Below are positions 59,287 to 64,000 of a DNA stretch of 64,000 nt, one piece after another. The translations under genes and the position numbers were made by a program. Position 1 is the first letter of the stretch. Each line of letters begins with the position of its first letter. Source of the DNA: Patescibacteria group bacterium (GTDB lineage Bacteria; Patescibacteriota; Patescibacteriia; UBA1558; GWA2-36-10); NCBI GenBank assembly GCA_041650755.1, contig JBAZKN010000002.1, positions 69,030 through 133,029 on the forward strand, given 5' to 3'. The notes under the pieces are model-generated. The model saw only the letters and a list, made by a program, of their open reading frames with translations. It had not been told where the DNA came from and searched no databases.

Positions 59287-61186
59287 AGCTAATAAAATCA
59301 AGCAAGCGACAGCTACCCCTAATCAAAATGATCAGATAGAGGCTAGATTGGCGGCTTATAAAAATCAAAGCGCCAAGACTAATGCCGTTGAGGGGGAAAA
59401 GGAGCTTTTGGAGGCGGAGAAAGTTTTTCGCGAGGGCATAGTATCGGTGCGCGACATTATTGCCCCGGCAGCTTTTAAGGTGGACAGCGGCTTTTTGCAG
59501 CTCAATGATTGGTTTGTGCGCAGTATGTTTGTGGTGACTTATCCGCGCTATGTGACTATCGGTTGGTTTGCACCCATTATTAATGAAAGCATGACTCTGG
59601 ATATTGCCATGTTTTTCTACCCCATGGATATTAAGATTGTTTTAAAGCAATTGCGTAATAAAGTGGGTACCATGGAAGCCCAAATAATTTCTGATAATCA
59701 AAAAGGCGCACCGCGCGATCCGATTGCTGAAACCGCTCTTCGAGATATTGAGGCCCTGCGTGATTCCTTGAGTCAGGGCACAGAAAAGTTTTTTCAATTC
59801 GCCCTATATATTACTTTATATGCCAAAGATAAAGCAGAGCTAGATTTGGCTTCGGACAGGATAGAAAATTTATTGGGCACACAGCTGATTTATTCGCGAC
59901 GGGCGTTTTTTCAGGCAGAGCAGGGCTTCAACTCCACCTTGCCGTTAGGCAATGATGAGCTGTCTGTATCCACCAATATGAACAGCTCACCAATTGCTTC
60001 ATCTTTCCCCTTTGTATCTTCAGAGTTGACCTCAGATGAAGGTATTTTGTACGGTATAAATCGACACAACAACAGCTTGATATTATTTGATCGTTTTAGC
60101 TTGCAGAATGCCAATATGGTGGTGTTTGCTACTTCCGGAGCCGGCAAAAGCTATGCTATCAAACTGGAGATTTTACGCTCTTTGATGTTGGGGACAGACG
60201 TCATCGTGGTTGATCCGGAAAATGAATATCAGCATTTGTCGGAAGCTGTTAATGGTGCTTATATCAATGTTTCCCTCAACTCGGAAAGCAAATTGAATCC
60301 ATTTGATTTGCCGCGCGGTGTGGGTGGCGATGCTAAGCCCGAAGATATTTTGCGCAGCGCAGTGATCACTATTAAGGGTTTGGTAAGATTAATGATTGGC
60401 GATATCACTAATGTCGAAGATTCTCTGCTCGATAGGGCCTTGCTTGAGACTTATGCCAAAAAAGATATTACCCCGGCCAGCGATCTGAATAATATTGAGC
60501 CGCCCTTAATGTCCGATCTGGAGACAGTGCTGCTGAGCATGGAAGGTGGCGAAGATATGGCTTTGCGCTTAAAGAAATATACAGAAGGCACTTTTTCCGG
60601 GCTGTTCAATAGTCCGACCAACGTCAAAGTCAATAATCAATTGATAGTTTTTTGTATTCGTGATCTGGAAGATGAGCTGCGGCCGATCGCCATGTATGTC
60701 ATTATGAATTATATTTGGAATATTATCCGCAGTGAGATGAAAAAGAGGATTTTGGTGGTAGATGAGGCGTGGATTATGATGCGTCATGAGGATAGTGCCA
60801 AATTTATGTTTGCTCTGGTTAAACGTTGCCGCAAATATTATCTGGGTGTTACTACTATTACTCAAGATGTTAACGACTTTTTGACTTCGCCTTTTGGCAA
60901 TGCCATAGTAACCAATTCATCTATGCAGCTTTTGCTCAAACAATCGCCGGCCGCTATCAATTTAGTGCAGAAGACATTTATATTGACCGAGGGTGAAAAA
61001 TATCTCCTGTTGGAATCTGGCGTGGGCGAAGGCATATTTTTTGCTGGTGCCAAGCACGCGGCTATCAAGGTGCAGGCTTCTTATGCAGAACATCAGATCA
61101 TTACCTCTGACCCACGGCAATTATTGGAGATTGAGGAGGCTAAAAAAGAATTTGAAGAGGCAATGCTGGCTGAAGCCGAAAGGTAG
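59279..61186 (+). CDS. VirB4/TrbE/CagE-family type IV secretion ATPase (main part)
   Basis: IIAPAAFKVDSGFLQLNDWFVRSMFVVTYPRYVTIGWF second N-domain block; Walker A ATSGAGKSY; Walker B ILVVDEAW. Confidence 0.8.
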   Translation: MFEANKIKQATATPNQNDQIEARLAAYKNQSAKTNAVEGEKELLEAEKVFREGIVSVRDIIAPAAFKVDSGFLQLNDWFVRSMFVVTYPRYVTIGWFAPIINESMTLDIAMFFYPMDIKIVLKQLRNKVGTMEAQIISDNQKGAPRDPIAETALRDIEALRDSLSQGTEKFFQFALYITLYAKDKAELDLASDRIENLLGTQLIYSRRAFFQAEQGFNSTLPLGNDELSVSTNMNSSPIASSFPFVSSELTSDEGILYGINRHNNSLILFDRFSLQNANMVVFATSGAGKSYAIKLEILRSLMLGTDVIVVDPENEYQHLSEAVNGAYINVSLNSESKLNPFDLPRGVGGDAKPEDILRSAVITIKGLVRLMIGDITNVEDSLLDRALLETYAKKDITPASDLNNIEPPLMSDLETVLLSMEGGEDMALRLKKYTEGTFSGLFNSPTNVKVNNQLIVFCIRDLEDELRPIAMYVIMNYIWNIIRSEMKKRILVVDEAWIMMRHEDSAKFMFALVKRCRKYYLGVTTITQDVNDFLTSPFGNAIVTNSSMQLLLKQSPAAINLVQKTFILTEGEKYLLLESGVGEGIFFAGAKHAAIKVQASYAEHQIITSDPRQLLEIEEAKKEFEEAMLAEAER

Positions 61187-61220
61187 TCCATTAATAATTT
61201 TATAAAATAGAGATAAATTT

Positions 61221-61793
61221 ATGACTGCACAAAACAGAAAAAGGATCATTATTATTTCCATAATTATTTTGGTTTTGGTCGGCATCTTTTTAATAATTTG
61301 GAGACTGACAAATTTTGGCAATCCGAGGATAGAGGATAAGACTAATGAAGCGCCAAAATTTGTGGCCCCTAGTGCCAAGCTTGAGTACAAGGATGTGCCA
61401 CCAGCTGTAAATAATACTGAATTTACCGTAATGAATTTAGCTCGTAATTATGCCGAGCGCTTTGGTAGCTGGTCGACCGATCAGCCCGGACATAATTTGG
61501 AGGAGCTTTATCCTTTGAGCACCACTAAGATGATCAAATATTTAAAAACTCTCAACACCGATACGAGCCAGAGCCAATTTTCTGGCGTTAGCACCAAAAC
61601 CATAACGGCAGAAATAGAAAATTTAAACAGTCAGACAGCTGAGGTTTTTGTGAAAACACAACGCCTAGAGACCAAAACCAGCGGTCCGGCATTAGTTGAA
61701 GACACGATTTATCAGGATATAAAAGTTAGCCTAGTAAAATCTGGTGAAGATTGGCTGGTAGACGGGGCGTATTGGCAGGAAATAAATCCATAA
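61221..61793 (+). CDS. Bitopic membrane protein, candidate VirB8-like T4SS component
   Basis: One N-terminal TM segment plus a ~150-aa extracytoplasmic domain, positioned directly after VirB4. Assignment rests on size, topology and position only. Confidence 0.3.
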   Translation: MTAQNRKRIIIISIIILVLVGIFLIIWRLTNFGNPRIEDKTNEAPKFVAPSAKLEYKDVPPAVNNTEFTVMNLARNYAERFGSWSTDQPGHNLEELYPLSTTKMIKYLKTLNTDTSQSQFSGVSTKTITAEIENLNSQTAEVFVKTQRLETKTSGPALVEDTIYQDIKVSLVKSGEDWLVDGAYWQEINP

Positions 61794-61796
61794 ATT

Positions 61797-62345
61797 ATGG
61801 CAGAAGTCTTAGCCAATCAAAGAAGGCAGTTTTTAGCAGATCAGAGAGAACCGGAGAGGTCAGAGCAGGGTCAGGCCGAGGGCGATGCAGTCGAGCAAGA
61901 TTTGGCTGCCGGTGAGGATGCCCGCTCGCAAGCCAGGGTTCTGCAGAGGCAACAGAAAGCTGACAAGCAGAAGTCAGCCGCCAGTCAAGTAGAGGGCCAA
62001 GTTGAGCAAGCGGTTCAGGAGCAGGCCAAGGCTGTTGCTAAGCAAAGTGTTTTGCGCTGGGTAAATGTAGCTCTGGGTTCAACTATATTATTGTTCGTTG
62101 TCACAGTCTTGATTTGGACTTTCCAGTTTATAGTTGGCAATGTATTGGAATCAAAAATCGTGCCACCACTGAAGTTGTGGGAAATCATATTGTGGCTGGC
62201 TTCACTTTTATTATTAATGGGGGTGACTTTATTGATAGTCGCCATGATCAGCTTTATGGTCAAAATCACTCATTTCGATTGGGATGCCATAAAAATTTTA
62301 GGCGAATCTCTGTGGTCTGCCTTTAAAGACGCCTTTCATTTGTAG
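61797..62345 (+). CDS. Hypothetical membrane protein (two to three C-terminal TM) with a Q/A/E-rich N-terminus
   Basis: ORF only; the N-terminal 90 aa are low-complexity. Confidence 0.3.
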   Translation: MAEVLANQRRQFLADQREPERSEQGQAEGDAVEQDLAAGEDARSQARVLQRQQKADKQKSAASQVEGQVEQAVQEQAKAVAKQSVLRWVNVALGSTILLFVVTVLIWTFQFIVGNVLESKIVPPLKLWEIILWLASLLLLMGVTLLIVAMISFMVKITHFDWDAIKILGESLWSAFKDAFHL

Positions 62346-62375
62346 TAGTTTTTCAAAAGGTATTATTTTAAATTT

Positions 62376-63593
62376 ATGGATAGAAAAAAAATGCTTATTG
62401 TGCTGGGTTTTATCTTGCTAGTTTTAGTTTTGGGCTTTGCCTTGTATTGGGTATTTTTTAGGACAGCACCAACTACCGTCACCAATGAAAATTTTCAGCC
62501 AGGCAATTTGACCAATGCCGGCCCAGGCAATGTGAGCACGATTACCAATACCAACCTTAATACGGTATTGCCTTGGCAACAGTATATCAAAGATAAAGTT
62601 TCACCAGTGGCCAACGGTGGCTTGACCGAAGTCAATAAGCTGACCGATAGTACAGCTTTGGGCTTGGGCAGTGCGCCACAGGGTCTGCAGTACTACGATG
62701 CCGATAAACAGCAATTTTTCAGGATTGATGAGAATGGTCAGGTAGTTGTCTTGACTGATAAAAAGTTTTATCAAGTAAAGGATGTCACTTGGAGTAATTT
62801 GGGTGATAAGGCAATTATTGAATATCCAGATGGCGTCAAAATTCTTTATAACTTTAAGACCAATAAACAGGTTACTTTGCCCACAGAGCTGCAAAATTTT
62901 TCTTTTAATACCGCTGGTAGCCAGATTGTCGCCCAGTGGATAGGGGACAACCCAGATAATAATTGGCTGGTGACAGCCAATGAGGATGGATCTGGTATGC
63001 GGCTTCTTGAGGCTTTGGGCGATAAGGCTTATAGTACACAGATGATTTTTTCTCCGGATAGCCAAGTGGCTGCCTTGCATACAAAATATATAGATGGCGA
63101 GAGGCAGGAGGTATATCCCATTGGCTTGAATGGAGAAAATTTTAAGGCCTTTGAGGTAGCTGGCGGAGGCTTTACTGCCAAGTGGTCGCCGCAGGGCAAT
63201 AGCATGCTGTATAGTGTTTATAATAAAAATAGCGATTATATGCCTACTTTATGGATTACCAAGGGTCGGACAAATGAATTGGGCGATATCAAAGTTTCTC
63301 TTAATGTGACGACTTGGCCGGACAAGTGTACTTTCGCTGATGAGACATCTGTTTTGTGCGCTGTGCCTCAAGGCCTGCCTCGTGGAGCCGGCATATATCC
63401 GGAGATAGCCAATCAATATCCTGATGTTTTTTATCGCATAGATCTGAATAATGGCATCAAGACTCTGTTAGCCAGTCCGGTGGGCGAATCTGGCAGCTAC
63501 TCGGCGCATAATCTTTTTACTTCAGCTGATGGCTCGATTCTTTATTTTACTGATATTAATACTGGTCGCCTACAAAGCATCAAACTGAAATAA
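62376..63593 (+). CDS. Membrane-anchored beta-propeller protein (TolB/PD40-like repeats)
   Basis: N-terminal TM segment, then repeated FSPD/WSPQG/FTSADGS blade-like motifs. Confidence 0.45.
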   Translation: MDRKKMLIVLGFILLVLVLGFALYWVFFRTAPTTVTNENFQPGNLTNAGPGNVSTITNTNLNTVLPWQQYIKDKVSPVANGGLTEVNKLTDSTALGLGSAPQGLQYYDADKQQFFRIDENGQVVVLTDKKFYQVKDVTWSNLGDKAIIEYPDGVKILYNFKTNKQVTLPTELQNFSFNTAGSQIVAQWIGDNPDNNWLVTANEDGSGMRLLEALGDKAYSTQMIFSPDSQVAALHTKYIDGERQEVYPIGLNGENFKAFEVAGGGFTAKWSPQGNSMLYSVYNKNSDYMPTLWITKGRTNELGDIKVSLNVTTWPDKCTFADETSVLCAVPQGLPRGAGIYPEIANQYPDVFYRIDLNNGIKTLLASPVGESGSYSAHNLFTSADGSILYFTDINTGRLQSIKLK

Positions 63594-63602
63594 ATATCAT
63601 TC

Positions 63603-64000
63603 ATGGTTTCAAAAAAGGGAAAATTATTGTTTTATTTCTGGGTCAACCTACTTTTTTGGTTGCCGCGTCTAGTTGGAGCGCAAGCTAGTTCAGCACCTTC
63701 TACTGACTCAGCGGCCGGTATTTTATTTAAACCCAGCATAGGCATACCCTTAGAAAATACACCATTTTCCGGAGCCACTACTACCATTACCGCTGACTCA
63801 ATAGGTCAATATATCAATGCTATCTATAGATATGGCGGTATTTTGGCCGGCGCAGTGGCTTTATTTATGCTGGTCTATGCTGGCTGGCAATGGCTGTTTG
63901 CTGCCGGTAATAGCGGCAAGATAAATCAGGCTCAAGAGACTATCCGTATGACTTTGATAGGCTTAGCCTTTTTATTTGGCGGCTATTTGTTGCTTTCTTT
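63603..64000 (+). CDS. Partial ORF (runs off the window): candidate VirB2/TrbC-like pilin
   Basis: Signal peptide, then GGILAGAVALFMLVYAGWQWLFAAG, a short polar loop, and a second hydrophobic helix LIGLAFLFGGYLLL, the typical two-helix T4SS pilin layout. Confidence 0.3.
   Translation, partial: MVSKKGKLLFYFWVNLLFWLPRLVGAQASSAPSTDSAAGILFKPSIGIPLENTPFSGATTTITADSIGQYINAIYRYGGILAGAVALFMLVYAGWQWLFAAGNSGKINQAQETIRMTLIGLAFLFGGYLLLS

Noticed and set aside
1-64000. CRISPR array, rRNA genes, IS elements, transposases and integrases
   Set aside because: No direct-repeat and spacer periodicity, no rRNA-like conserved stretches, and no transposase or integrase motifs (DDE, tyrosine or serine recombinase) were seen in any frame.

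Overview
Low-GC (~38-40%) bacterial chromosomal window with compact, overlapping genes, weak or absent Shine-Dalgarno sites, short aminoacyl-tRNA synthetases and a giant secreted Cys-rich protein, a gene content reminiscent of Candidate Phyla Radiation (Patescibacteria) genomes; this assignment is inferred from gene content alone. TGA is a stop codon, so this is not genetic code 25. Housekeeping content includes: a DksA/TraR zinc finger, lspA, comM/yifB, HU, the ymdB-rny pair, clpP, nrnA, rbfA-infB, metG, valS, leuS, tsaC, rsmA, rpsF-ssb-rpsR, efp, an Nramp transporter, TspO, and a LysM-M23 peptidase. Six dispersed tRNA genes are present: Ile-UAU, Gly-CCC, Pro-CGG, Ala-CGC, Leu-CAG and Ser-CGA. 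The unusual content is: (i) a LeuRS carrying a complete Nudix hydrolase domain inserted after the editing domain; (ii) a + strand block from 40.5 to 53.6 kb encoding a Ca-binding-repeat membrane protein, a 2767-aa secreted Cys-rich protein with jelly-roll carbohydrate-binding-like domains, and a protein with VirB6/TrbL-like membrane topology; (iii) a type IV secretion-like module at 58.1-64 kb with a PrgI/VirB3-like protein, a two-piece VirB4 ATPase, VirB8-like and pilin-like candidates; (iv) three short GC-rich (~55%) islets whose genes have strong SD sites, each next to tRNA or integration-hotspot genes; (v) GC-rich structured non-coding elements flanking tRNA-Ile and tRNA-Pro; (vi) a histidine-kinase remnant in frame behind a membrane-protein gene. 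No CRISPR array and no rRNA were seen.
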